Positions 1 through 9,507 of a DNA stretch of 64,000 nt are shown in pieces. Source of the stretch: Verrucomicrobia bacterium CG1_02_43_26 (GTDB taxonomy: Bacteria; Verrucomicrobiota; Verrucomicrobiia; Opitutales; CG1-02-43-26); assembly GCA_001872735.1 (NCBI GenBank), contig MNWT01000005.1:205312-269311 (forward strand). Reading direction: 5' to 3'. The notes under the pieces are model-generated. The model was not told the origin of the DNA. It worked only from the letters and a program-made list of their open reading frames with translations, and ran no database searches. Each line of letters starts with the position of its first letter. Position 1 is the first letter of the stretch. A program made the position numbers and the translations under genes.

Positions 1-230
1 ATAGCCGCAGGCGGCGATTTCAATATAAAAGAGAATGATCTGTCCGCATAAACGCTAATAACGACAGGAATAATAAGACCCGCTCTCTCTTTTGTCTTTG
101 CGTTAAATTCTTTACAGAACATCATAATGTTCACCCCAGCAGCACCAAGTGCTGGCCCTACGGGAGGAGCTGGATTTGCAGCGCCTGCAGGAAGCTGAAG
201 TTTGATTTGAGTAATTACTTTTTTTGCCAT
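1..230 (-). CDS. rplK: 50S ribosomal protein L11, N-terminal part (gene runs off the left edge of the window)
   Basis: Manual reverse-complement translation from ATG (cat at 228-230) gives [76 protein letters not shown]. This is the canonical L11 N-terminal signature. It lies immediately downstream of nusG, as in most bacteria. It is absent from the ORF track because it is open-ended. Confidence 0.92.
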   Translation of the reverse strand, partial: MAKKVITQIKLQLPAGAANPAPPVGPALGAAGVNIMMFCKEFNAKTKERAGLIIPVVISVYADRSFSFILKSPPAA

Positions 231-270
231 GACCGATTTCCTATATTGTACAATTATTTTTTTATAAAAA

Positions 271-846
271 CTATCCTTCTACCCGATCCACTTGCCAATA
301 CTCCAATTCAACAGGAGTAAAGCGACCAAAAATGGAAACGGATACTTTAAGCTTTCCGCGTTCTGGATCTATCTCATCGATACGACCCGTTAAATTCAAA
401 AATGGACCATCATTAATCTTAACCGTTTGCCCCATTTCATATTGAACCTTAGGTACTTCTTTGCCTTCAGCCTCACGTACTTGACTTAAAATACGATCAA
501 TTTCGTCCTCCTTTAAAGGAACTGGACGCTCTCCGCCCACAAAATTAATGACACCCTGTGTGTTTTTAACAAACAACCAAGGGGCTTGAAGAATTTTATT
601 ATCCTCGTCATACAACTTCATATGAATAAAGGCATACCCGGGATAAAACTTGCGAACACGACTGGATTTCTTACCAGCTTTAACTTCTGCAACTGTTTCC
701 GTTGGGACCAATACCTCCTTAATCCATTCATCCATTTTCTCGATTTCGATAAACTTATCCAAATACAGCTTTACTTTCCCCTCTTGATTGGAAAGGGTCT
801 GTATCGCGTACCATCGGTAATCATGAATTGATTGTATATTAGACAT
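271..846 (-). CDS. nusG: Transcription termination/antitermination factor NusG
   Basis: 191-aa ORF with an NGN domain (WYAIQT...) and a C-terminal KOW motif ([11 protein letters not shown]). It sits in conserved secE-nusG-rplK synteny. Confidence 0.95.
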   Translation of the reverse strand: MSNIQSIHDYRWYAIQTLSNQEGKVKLYLDKFIEIEKMDEWIKEVLVPTETVAEVKAGKKSSRVRKFYPGYAFIHMKLYDEDNKILQAPWLFVKNTQGVINFVGGERPVPLKEDEIDRILSQVREAEGKEVPKVQYEMGQTVKINDGPFLNLTGRIDEIDPERGKLKVSVSIFGRFTPVELEYWQVDRVEG

Positions 847-869
847 CTTTAAAATTCTCTAGCGAGTAG

Positions 870-1088
870 CTACCCCCAAATACCAAAACGGGCCCATGAG
901 GTGAACAATTGAACCACTTGAAATAATGAAAAATCTACCACGCTGACATAAACTCCTAAAACAGCGATACCGACTAGCACCACGATCGTAGAATCACGCA
1001 ATTCTTTGCGATTTGGCCAGGATGCTTTTTTGAGCTCCCCCACCATTTCGGACATGAATATTCTGGTGACTTTAAATGGATTTTTCAT
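870..1088 (-). CDS. secE: Preprotein translocase subunit SecE
   Basis: 72-aa ORF with a basic N-terminus (ELKKASWPNRKEL) and a single C-terminal TM helix. It lies between tRNA-Trp and nusG. The start could instead be the internal Met at 1055. Confidence 0.85.
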   Translation of the reverse strand: MKNPFKVTRIFMSEMVGELKKASWPNRKELRDSTIVVLVGIAVLGVYVSVVDFSLFQVVQLFTSWARFGIWG

Positions 1089-1096
1089 TTTTTTTA

Positions 1097-1172
<76 letters not shown>

Positions 1173-1274
1173 AAATTTTTGTAATTGTATTATTTTTTAT
1201 AAAGCCTCTGCATAACATTTAGCCGAGCCCCTTACGTAAAGAGCACTCGGCAAAAACGTTATATATTAAAGATA

Positions 1275-2465
<1,191 letters not shown>

Positions 2466-2507
2466 TTTCTCTGAAGATTTAAGTTTAAATATGTTTTTGT
2501 TTCTTAA

Positions 2508-2583
<76 letters not shown>

Positions 2584-2788
2584 CCACCTGAAATTTCCTT
2601 GGCTTGGTAGGGCTGTGAATGTAAGGTACTTAATTTGCAATTCTTTTAAAAGTACGTCAATACTAAAAATTAAAAATAATAGTGTTTTTTAAAAAAAAGC
2701 TATATAGGGAAGATATTATAACTCCTTTCCCCGATTTCCAGGCTCTTCAAGCTAAACCGAAATCTAACATAAAACCGCTCGAGGTCGA

Positions 2789-3406
2789 CTATCCAGCCGT
2801 ATCAGCTTGTGGCATTTTCCACAAAAAGCTCTGGTTTTTAATTAAAATCTCCTTTTCAGCGTCTAAAAACTCGATTTCCCAAGCTAAGGGAGGCTCGCCG
2901 TCCAACGGCATACTTTCCCCCGTTAGACCAACATAAAGTTCACGGGACATCCCTTGCCCTTCCGGCAAATCAAAGGAAATCGTCTGGGGATCCGGATTAT
3001 CACTTAATATATAATTAATTCTTAATTCGGTTCCTTTGGGCAAATCATTAACATTCCCGTTTAAACCTATTATAAAGTATAGACCTTCGCGCTCCTCTGA
3101 GTTTGTTCTTAATACTAAATGAAAACCCATATTCTCTTTGCCAGTAAAAAACTCCGATATCCTCAAAAAATCTTCCTCAGACATCTTTTCCCGGTAGACA
3201 TAACCCACATTCCAGTTCGCCTTCCCCAATCCGTTAGCACCAAAGAGCCCAGGGATAAGCAATGACAGCCCTAACCCCAGAATGATAAAATGTGCACTCC
3301 TGCGTAACACGCCAAATCTTCGCATCCTAGAAATTATTCCAGCCAAAGCTATATTTGTCAAGGCAGCTATGAATAATAGAGTCGTTAGTATTGATAGACA
3401 AATCAT
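2789..3406 (-). CDS. Hypothetical membrane protein (two N-terminal TM helices plus a soluble C-terminal domain)
   Basis: Long ORF. ATG at 3404-3406 is preferred over the TTG at 3415. TM segments are ICLSILTTLLFIAALTNIALAGII and HFIILGLGLSLLIPGLFGA. I recognise no family motif. It is divergent from the OMP array. Confidence 0.55.
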   Translation of the reverse strand: MICLSILTTLLFIAALTNIALAGIISRMRRFGVLRRSAHFIILGLGLSLLIPGLFGANGLGKANWNVGYVYREKMSEEDFLRISEFFTGKENMGFHLVLRTNSEEREGLYFIIGLNGNVNDLPKGTELRINYILSDNPDPQTISFDLPEGQGMSRELYVGLTGESMPLDGEPPLAWEIEFLDAEKEILIKNQSFLWKMPQADTAG

Positions 3407-3493
3407 TTGATCCAAAACAAGCCACCTTTTCCATCATTGACAAATTTCCTTTTAAAACGTCTAATATCTGGCTTTTCAACTAAAACTGCATAC

Positions 3494-4204
3494 ATGACTA
3501 AAAGAATAATAATATCGCTATTGGCGATTATAGCTGGAATCCTCACACAGGCGTCCGCAGAAGATGAGGCTATAGACAAAAGCAACTACTACATCAGTGC
3601 CTTCGGGGGAATTACCGCGAGAAACAATGTTAAAATAAACATGCCTCAATTTGGCGCTTCGCTTAACGATTCCACAAAAATAGGTGTGAGCGCAGGACTA
3701 GCAATCGGTTACGTCTTCGAGCAATTCCGTTTTGAAATAGAAGGCTCTTCCAGGGAAAACCGTGTCATGAAGAGCGACATGGACCTCGGAGATATTTTCT
3801 TGTTCATTATTCTCCCCTTCCCCTTTTTTCTTCCGGAAAAAGGAGCCGTCTCCTACGATTCCCTCATCCTGAATTGTTATTACGATATCCCCCTTGGCTA
3901 CGACTTCTCTCTTTATATCGGCGCGGGTGCGGGCATTTCCCAAGAAACCATTAAACAAACTATCCGCTTCCAGCAAGGCAGCACCTTAAGTTACGAAAGC
4001 ACAAGGCTTGTATTTGCCGGCCAAGCCATGGCGGGGCTTAGTTATGCCATCAATCAAAGCTGGACGATCTATACCGGATACAAGTTTTTCTTTGTCCCCG
4101 GTCACAACATCAAAGACATCCATGGCCCCAGTGCCACATCCAAAGCAAAGATTAAGAATGCGTTCATTGATAACATAGAGCTCGGGGTCCGTTATCGTTT
4201 CTAA
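3494..4204 (+). CDS. Outer-membrane beta-barrel protein, paralog 1 (OMP_b-brl / opacity-porin-like)
   Basis: Signal peptide MTKRIIISLLAIIAGILTQASA. It shares family blocks with paralogs 2-6 (GxAxGYVFEQFRFExEGS, NCYYDIP, YxGAGAG, GYKFF) and has a C-terminal RYRF beta-signal. ATG at 3494 is preferred over the track start at 3407. Confidence 0.8.
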   Translation: MTKRIIISLLAIIAGILTQASAEDEAIDKSNYYISAFGGITARNNVKINMPQFGASLNDSTKIGVSAGLAIGYVFEQFRFEIEGSSRENRVMKSDMDLGDIFLFIILPFPFFLPEKGAVSYDSLILNCYYDIPLGYDFSLYIGAGAGISQETIKQTIRFQQGSTLSYESTRLVFAGQAMAGLSYAINQSWTIYTGYKFFFVPGHNIKDIHGPSATSKAKIKNAFIDNIELGVRYRF

Positions 4205-4276
4205 GCTTTTTCTTACCACAAAGTAGACGTTTTTCTTTTCACATAAAAAGGAAGTAAAAATCTTTAAACAAAAATA

Positions 4277-4305
4277 TTGACACAACCAACAGAAAATCTA
4301 AGAAT
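4277..4305 (+). promoter_or_regulatory. Putative sigma70-type promoter for OMP paralog 2
   Basis: TTGACA (4277-4282), a 16-17 nt spacer, then TAAGAAT (4299-4305), about 40 nt upstream of the ATG at 4347. Confidence 0.35.
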
Positions 4306-4346
4306 GTCCCCTCAATTCATAAATTAACACAAACCTAAAGATAATT

Positions 4347-5018
4347 ATGAACAAAAAACTATTAACTATATTGATCGCAGCAGCTTCCTTCGTTGGTGGC
4401 CAAGCGTTCGCAGGTGATTCTGACTTCTACGTAGCCGGTTTCGGTAACGGTGGATGGCATAATGACTCCAGCATCAAAAACATTGGTGTAACAAACAAAA
4501 CTCAGTACAAGTTCGGCTTCGGCGGTGGTGTAGCAGTTGGCTATATCTTCGAACAAATCCGTTTCGAACTTGAAGGTTCATACCGTCAAAACGACATCAA
4601 GAAAAGCACTGTTACAGGTCTTACCCTTAATAAAGGTAAAGGCAATGTAAATTATGCTTCTTTGATGGCTAACGTTTACTACGATATTCCTGTTTCTGAA
4701 GACTTCTACGTTTACGTAGGTGCGGGTGCCGGTGTTGCTCAAGAGAAAATCAAGAACGACATGATTGCATCTCCTGCAACAACAATTGCTAACTACAGAA
4801 GCACAAGAACAGTGTTTGCATGGCAAGCAATGGTTGGTGTTGGTTACAATATCAATGAAGATGTTGCTATCTATGCTGGATATCGCTTATTCGCGGTTCC
4901 TTCACACAACATCAAGCGTTTCACAACAACAGCTGCGGGTGGTTCAATCAACTCCAAAGCTAAGATGAAGGACGCTTACATTAACAATCTTGAAATCGGT
5001 ATTCGTTACCGCTTCTAA
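4347..5018 (+). CDS. Outer-membrane beta-barrel protein, paralog 2
   Basis: Signal peptide MNKKLLTILIAAASFVGGQAFA. Alternating-hydrophobic beta-strand pattern, conserved blocks GGGVAVGYIFEQIRFELEGSYRQN, NVYYDIP and YVGAGAGVAQ, terminal RYRF. Confidence 0.88.
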   Translation: MNKKLLTILIAAASFVGGQAFAGDSDFYVAGFGNGGWHNDSSIKNIGVTNKTQYKFGFGGGVAVGYIFEQIRFELEGSYRQNDIKKSTVTGLTLNKGKGNVNYASLMANVYYDIPVSEDFYVYVGAGAGVAQEKIKNDMIASPATTIANYRSTRTVFAWQAMVGVGYNINEDVAIYAGYRLFAVPSHNIKRFTTTAAGGSINSKAKMKDAYINNLEIGIRYRF

Positions 5019-5073
5019 TTGTTAGTTGTTTTAAGCTAATTTACAACCCGCTTCATTTGAAGCGGGTTTTTTT
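5019..5073 (+). repeat. 55-nt 3'-UTR/terminator block, copy 1 (copy 2 at 5862-5916)
   Basis: TTGTTAGTTGTTTTAAGCTAATTTACAACCCGCTTCATTTGAAGCGGGTTTTTTT occurs identically right after the stop codons of paralogs 2 and 3. Confidence 0.95.
5045..5073 (+). terminator. Rho-independent terminator after OMP paralog 2
   Basis: AACCCGCTTCA-TT-TGAAGCGGGTT stem followed by a T7 run. Confidence 0.85.
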
Positions 5074-5097
5074 ATAAAAAAAATAAAGCGAAAAACA

Positions 5098-5127
5098 TTG
5101 ACCTTGTAGCGCAAAAGTAATTAAATA
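5098..5127 (+). promoter_or_regulatory. Putative sigma70-type promoter for OMP paralog 3
   Basis: TTGACC (5098-5103), a 17 nt spacer, then TTAAAT (5121-5126), about 40 nt upstream of the ATG at 5169. Confidence 0.35.
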
Positions 5128-5168
5128 TTGGCTCGTTTCATAAACAATAAACCTAACGATAATATATT

Positions 5169-5861
5169 ATGAATAAAAAACTACTAACAATACTAATAGC
5201 TGCAGCTTCCTTTATTGGCGGCCAAGCTTTCGCTGGTACTTCTGACTTCTACGTAGCCGGTTTCGGTAACGGCAGCTGGCACAATGATTCTAGCTTGAAA
5301 AATCTTAATCTTGCAGGCCTAAACACGCCTAACACAACCGAATACAAATTCGGCTTGGGTGGTGGTGTTGCCGTAGGTTATATCTTCGATCAAATCCGTT
5401 TTGAAATTGAAGGCGCATACCGTCAAAACAATATCAAGAAGACAACAGCATCTATTTTAGGCATCAATGTGCCTCTTAACAATGGCAAAGGTCATGTAAG
5501 CTACGCTTCCTTGATGGCTAACGTTTACTACGACATCCCTGTTTCTGAAGACTTCTATGTTTATGTAGGTGCTGGTGCAGGTGTTGCTCAAGAGAAAATC
5601 AAGAACGACATGGTTTCTCCTACAGTAGGAACAATTGCTAACTACAGAAGCACAAGAACTGTCTTCGCATGGCAAGCAATGGCGGGCGTCGGCTACAATA
5701 TCAATGAAGATGTTTCTATCTATGCTGGATATCGCTTATTCGCAGTTCCTTCACACAACGTAAAGAAGCTCACATTCGCTGGCACAGGAGTTACTTCCAA
5801 AGCTAAGATGAAGGATGCTTACATTAACAATCTTGAAATCGGTATTCGTTACCGCTTCTAG
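5169..5861 (+). CDS. Outer-membrane beta-barrel protein, paralog 3 (recent duplicate of paralog 2)
   Basis: The signal peptide and predicted beta-strand segments are near-identical to paralog 2. Differences cluster in the predicted loops. Terminal RYRF. Confidence 0.88.
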   Translation: MNKKLLTILIAAASFIGGQAFAGTSDFYVAGFGNGSWHNDSSLKNLNLAGLNTPNTTEYKFGLGGGVAVGYIFDQIRFEIEGAYRQNNIKKTTASILGINVPLNNGKGHVSYASLMANVYYDIPVSEDFYVYVGAGAGVAQEKIKNDMVSPTVGTIANYRSTRTVFAWQAMAGVGYNINEDVSIYAGYRLFAVPSHNVKKLTFAGTGVTSKAKMKDAYINNLEIGIRYRF

Positions 5862-5916
5862 TTGTTAGTTGTTTTAAGCTAATTTACAACCCGCTTCATT
5901 TGAAGCGGGTTTTTTT
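5862..5916 (+). repeat. 55-nt 3'-UTR/terminator block, copy 2
   Basis: Base-for-base identical to 5019-5073 by direct reading. Confidence 0.95.
5888..5916 (+). terminator. Rho-independent terminator after OMP paralog 3 (identical copy of 5045-5073)
   Basis: Same stem-loop plus T7 run. It is part of a 55-nt block identical to 5019-5073. Confidence 0.85.
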
Positions 5917-6057
5917 GTGCCTGTTTCGCTATCATATTTAATAACGTATAGGAGCTAAGGCAATGTTGAGTTGACAAGCTCTTGAAAAAACACCTGTATA
6001 GATGGTAGGATTAAATCCCTAAACCATTTCCTCAAAACCTCAGAACCGTTTATCAGC

Positions 6058-6711
6058 ATGAAAAAACTCTTATTCCTCACGCTCACCGCTGGAATTTTAT
6101 CAGCTCTTGGAATAAAGGCCTTCGCAGATGCCCAAACCGATTATTATTACGATGATATAAATTTAGTAGATCAAAACTTCTACGTAGCAGCCTCGGGTAG
6201 CGTTAACTTTCACGACAAAATCAAAACACGTGGGCAAACCCCTAACGTTTCATACCAATTTCAAACAGGTGCTGGCTTTCATGGTTCTGCAGGTATGCAT
6301 TTCTGGCAAAATTTCCGAGCTGAACTCGAGTTTTCATACTTAGCTCAAGCGCTAAATAAAGCAGGGGGTGTAAGCGCAAGTGGTCGCCTCGAATATATTA
6401 ATTTCCTGATCAACCTCTTCTACGACTACGAAATCGTCAACGGGCTAGACGTTTACTTCGGTGTTGGCGGCGGCTACTCTCTTGCCAGAATGTTTAGGGT
6501 GACAGGAGGCGCAGGCCCACGGGTTGGCAAAGGTGATGACAGTTTGTTTGCCGGGCAAGTTATGATCGGGCTGGCTCAAAATTTAAACGCAGAATGGAAC
6601 ATCTGGGGCGGCTACCGCTTATTAATGGCTACACGTCCAACTTTTAGCAACGTGCGCTTTACCAACCCATTTGTCCACATGGTGGAAATTGGCTTACGCT
6701 ATGATATATAA
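6058..6711 (+). CDS. Outer-membrane beta-barrel protein, paralog 4
   Basis: Signal peptide MKKLLFLTLTAGILSALGIKAFA. Family blocks FRAELEFSY, NLFYDY, YFGVGGGY and GGYRLL. The C-terminus is GLRYDI. Confidence 0.82.
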   Translation: MKKLLFLTLTAGILSALGIKAFADAQTDYYYDDINLVDQNFYVAASGSVNFHDKIKTRGQTPNVSYQFQTGAGFHGSAGMHFWQNFRAELEFSYLAQALNKAGGVSASGRLEYINFLINLFYDYEIVNGLDVYFGVGGGYSLARMFRVTGGAGPRVGKGDDSLFAGQVMIGLAQNLNAEWNIWGGYRLLMATRPTFSNVRFTNPFVHMVEIGLRYDI

Positions 6712-6735
6712 ACCAAGTTTTAGCCTATTTACCTT

Positions 6736-7449
6736 ATGAAAAAAATTTATATCCTGTGCGGGATTCTTTTATTTGCTTGCGGGACATTCCCACAAGCCTT
6801 TGCCAACGATTATTATTACGAATCCGGTGATCCTGCCTTTGATTCCCGACCTGAAGCTTTTCAAAACTGGTACATCGCGTTAACAGGGGCGTTTTCCCAG
6901 CAACAAGATATCAAAACTCGCAATCAATCCCCAAATGCAAAAATTCGATTCAGGACAGGCGAAGGGGGCACTTTTAGTTTAGGACGAATCATTCCTCAAT
7001 ACCCAAGTGTACGCGTTGCCGCAGAGGTCTCATATTTTTACAATAAAGCAGCTTGGGTAAAACCAGATGGGCTAGGTAAATTTACCGCCAAGGGCGCTGT
7101 GGGCTACCTAAATGGTTTTTTAAACGTTTATTATGATATTCAACCGGAAGCTTTTAAAGATTTTTCTGTATACCTCGGTGCCGGCATTGGGTATTCCTAT
7201 GCTATGATTAGCAATATCCGTAATAATACGCTAGGAACAGTGATTAGGGAATCCCAACGTGGTCTGGCCGCCGGCCAAGTGATGGCTGGCATTGGCTACG
7301 AATTCACCCCTTCATGGACCTTAATAGGCGGCTATCGCCTTATGTTTATGGAAAAACCTACTTTTCGCGGGCCAGCAGGAAGCCCCAATGTTAAATTGCA
7401 GCACCCTATCTTAAGTGTATTGGAAGTTGGCTTACGAATTAATATTTAA
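6736..7449 (+). CDS. Outer-membrane beta-barrel protein, paralog 5
   Basis: Signal peptide MKKIYILCGILLFACGTFPQAFA. Blocks NVYYDI, YLGAGIGYSY and GGYRLMF. The C-terminus is GLRINI. It lies 24 nt after paralog 4, so they are probably co-transcribed. Confidence 0.82.
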   Translation: MKKIYILCGILLFACGTFPQAFANDYYYESGDPAFDSRPEAFQNWYIALTGAFSQQQDIKTRNQSPNAKIRFRTGEGGTFSLGRIIPQYPSVRVAAEVSYFYNKAAWVKPDGLGKFTAKGAVGYLNGFLNVYYDIQPEAFKDFSVYLGAGIGYSYAMISNIRNNTLGTVIRESQRGLAAGQVMAGIGYEFTPSWTLIGGYRLMFMEKPTFRGPAGSPNVKLQHPILSVLEVGLRINI

Positions 7450-7598
7450 GCGGGAAAAAACAAAAAAATCATTTTCACAGAAATAACGTTTAAAAAATTA
7501 GAAAATCCGTTTGACATCTTTGAAATATACTTTTTAACTGACAATTAGACTATCCCCTACCAAGGGGTTTGTTAAAACCTAAAAAAAGACAAATTACT

Positions 7599-8285
7599 AT
7601 GAAAAAGAAAATTCTAACCCTATTCTTGGGTCTTTGCGCTAGTGCACTGACACTCGTAGGTGCTCAAAACTCTAACTCAAAAAGCAGCAGCAGCAACTCA
7701 TTCAATATTGATGGTTGGTACCTCGGTGCTTCCGGTTCTGTGGGTTTCCACTCAAACCAAAAGAGCAAAAGTACTCCCACAGGTGCAGCACGCGAAATCT
7801 CATTTAAAACTGGTGGCGGCGGTGCCGTTGCAGTTGGTTTGATGTTCATGGAAAACTTCCGTTTCGAACTCGAAGGTTCCTATCGCACAAACTCTGTTAA
7901 AAAAGCAAGCACCCCAACTACTGGTAAAGCAAATGCTTCCGGTAGCGTTGAGTATACCAGCTTATTAGTTAACGCAGCTTATGACATCCCTGCTTTTGAA
8001 AACGTTATCATCTCCCTCGGTGGTGGTCTTGGCTGGACATATGCTAAAATGGGTAACATCAACCGCGCAGGCGTACGTCTATTAAACAGCCGTGGCGACA
8101 ATGTTCTTGGCTGGCAGTTAATGGCTCAAATTGGTTACATGTTCCAAGAGCAATTCACGCTTTATGTTGGATACCGCTTATTCTCAACAACTCAGCCTCG
8201 CTATCGCAATCCTGCAGGCGGCCAGTTGAAGATGGAATCACCTTACCTACACAATATCGACTTTGGTGTAAGAATTCACCTCTAG
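7599..8285 (+). CDS. Outer-membrane beta-barrel protein, paralog 6
   Basis: Signal peptide MKKKILTLFLGLCASALTLVGA. Blocks FRFELEGSYRTN, NAAYDIP and VGYRLF. The C-terminus is GVRIHL. ATG at 7599 is preferred over the TTG at 7569. Confidence 0.85.
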   Translation: MKKKILTLFLGLCASALTLVGAQNSNSKSSSSNSFNIDGWYLGASGSVGFHSNQKSKSTPTGAAREISFKTGGGGAVAVGLMFMENFRFELEGSYRTNSVKKASTPTTGKANASGSVEYTSLLVNAAYDIPAFENVIISLGGGLGWTYAKMGNINRAGVRLLNSRGDNVLGWQLMAQIGYMFQEQFTLYVGYRLFSTTQPRYRNPAGGQLKMESPYLHNIDFGVRIHL

Positions 8286-8315
8286 TCTTATTGACCTGAT
8301 TTTTATCAGAACTTT

Positions 8316-8348
8316 AAACCCGTCAGAAATTTTTCTGGCGGGTTTTTT
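8316..8348 (+). terminator. Rho-independent terminator closing the OMP array
   Basis: AAACCCGTCAGA-loop-TCTGGCGGGTTT stem followed by a T-run. Confidence 0.8.
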
Positions 8349-8442
8349 CTTTTCTAGGGAAGATTAAATAATAAGCTGGAAATCTTTACTAGTGCCAGCT
8401 AGTATAAAAAATAAGGCTCCCAAAATTCCCCACTTTCCCCAA

Positions 8443-9507
8443 ATGTTTAAAGGCAAATCCATACTCGTAACCGGCGGCACCGGTTCTTTCGGTCGTCATT
8501 TTTGTGCTAAAGTACTCAAGATGGCTCCCTCGCGTGTGATTGTTTATTCCAGAGATGAGTTTAAACAACATGAAATGCAAGAAATGCCTACTTTCTATAA
8601 TAATAAGCGCATGCGGTATTTCTTAGGCGATATCAGAGATGCTGACAGATTAAAACGTGCCATGCAGGGAGTGGATATTGTTGTCCACGCAGCCGCGTTG
8701 AAGCAAGTTCCCGCAGCAGAGTATAATCCAAATGAATTTATTAAAACCAATGTTAACGGTGCCACAAACATCGTTGATGCCGCCCTGCACGCAAATGTGC
8801 CTAGAGTAATTGCGTTAAGCACAGATAAAGCAGTCAACCCGGTTAATCTCTACGGTGCGACTAAACTTTGCTCAGACAAGGTATTCATTGCCGGGAATAG
8901 TTATAGAGGCAATCAAAGCCCTACCCTTTTTTCTGTGGTACGATACGGCAATGTTATCGGTAGCAGAGGCAGCGTTATCCCGCTATTTATAAAACAAAGA
9001 GATCAAAAGCACCTGACCATTACGAATCCGGATATGACTCGTTTTTATATCACACTGGAAGAAGGCGTCCTATTTGTCATGAAGTGCCTCCAGAAAATGG
9101 TTGGGGGTGAACTATTTATCCCTAAATTACCTAGTTGCACACTGGGCGATATGGCACATGCCGTTGCACCCAATTCGAAGCAGAAGATCGTGGGGCTGAG
9201 ACCAGGAGAAAAGATGCACGAAACGCTCATTCCAAGCGATGAGGCTCACTTAACCATTGAATACAAGGACTACTATGTCATTCAACCTACGCTTCGTTTC
9301 TGGACAAAAAGCGCCCTCCCGAAAGGAGGGAAAAAGTGCCCTAGTAACTTCGCCTATACAAGCGATAATAATCCCGACCGATTGACTATTGCTGATATCA
9401 AAAAACACATACAACACTTTGAAAACTACTTGCCCCATAACGGCACATGGCAAAACGATTCTCCATCAATAATAAAGAAATCAGCCCGAAAGAAAGCCCT
9501 TTCCTGA
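8443..9507 (+). CDS. pseB: UDP-N-acetylglucosamine 4,6-dehydratase (inverting), PseB/FlaA1/CapD family
   Basis: MFKGKSILVTGGTGSFG Rossmann motif, YSRDEFKQ, HAAALKQVPAAEYNP, STDKAVNPVNLYGATK and VRYGNVIGSRGSVIP. These match the PseB family pattern as I remember it. ATG at 8443 is preferred over the GTG at 8392. The C-terminal tail overlaps the next gene. Confidence 0.85.
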   Translation: MFKGKSILVTGGTGSFGRHFCAKVLKMAPSRVIVYSRDEFKQHEMQEMPTFYNNKRMRYFLGDIRDADRLKRAMQGVDIVVHAAALKQVPAAEYNPNEFIKTNVNGATNIVDAALHANVPRVIALSTDKAVNPVNLYGATKLCSDKVFIAGNSYRGNQSPTLFSVVRYGNVIGSRGSVIPLFIKQRDQKHLTITNPDMTRFYITLEEGVLFVMKCLQKMVGGELFIPKLPSCTLGDMAHAVAPNSKQKIVGLRPGEKMHETLIPSDEAHLTIEYKDYYVIQPTLRFWTKSALPKGGKKCPSNFAYTSDNNPDRLTIADIKKHIQHFENYLPHNGTWQNDSPSIIKKSARKKALS

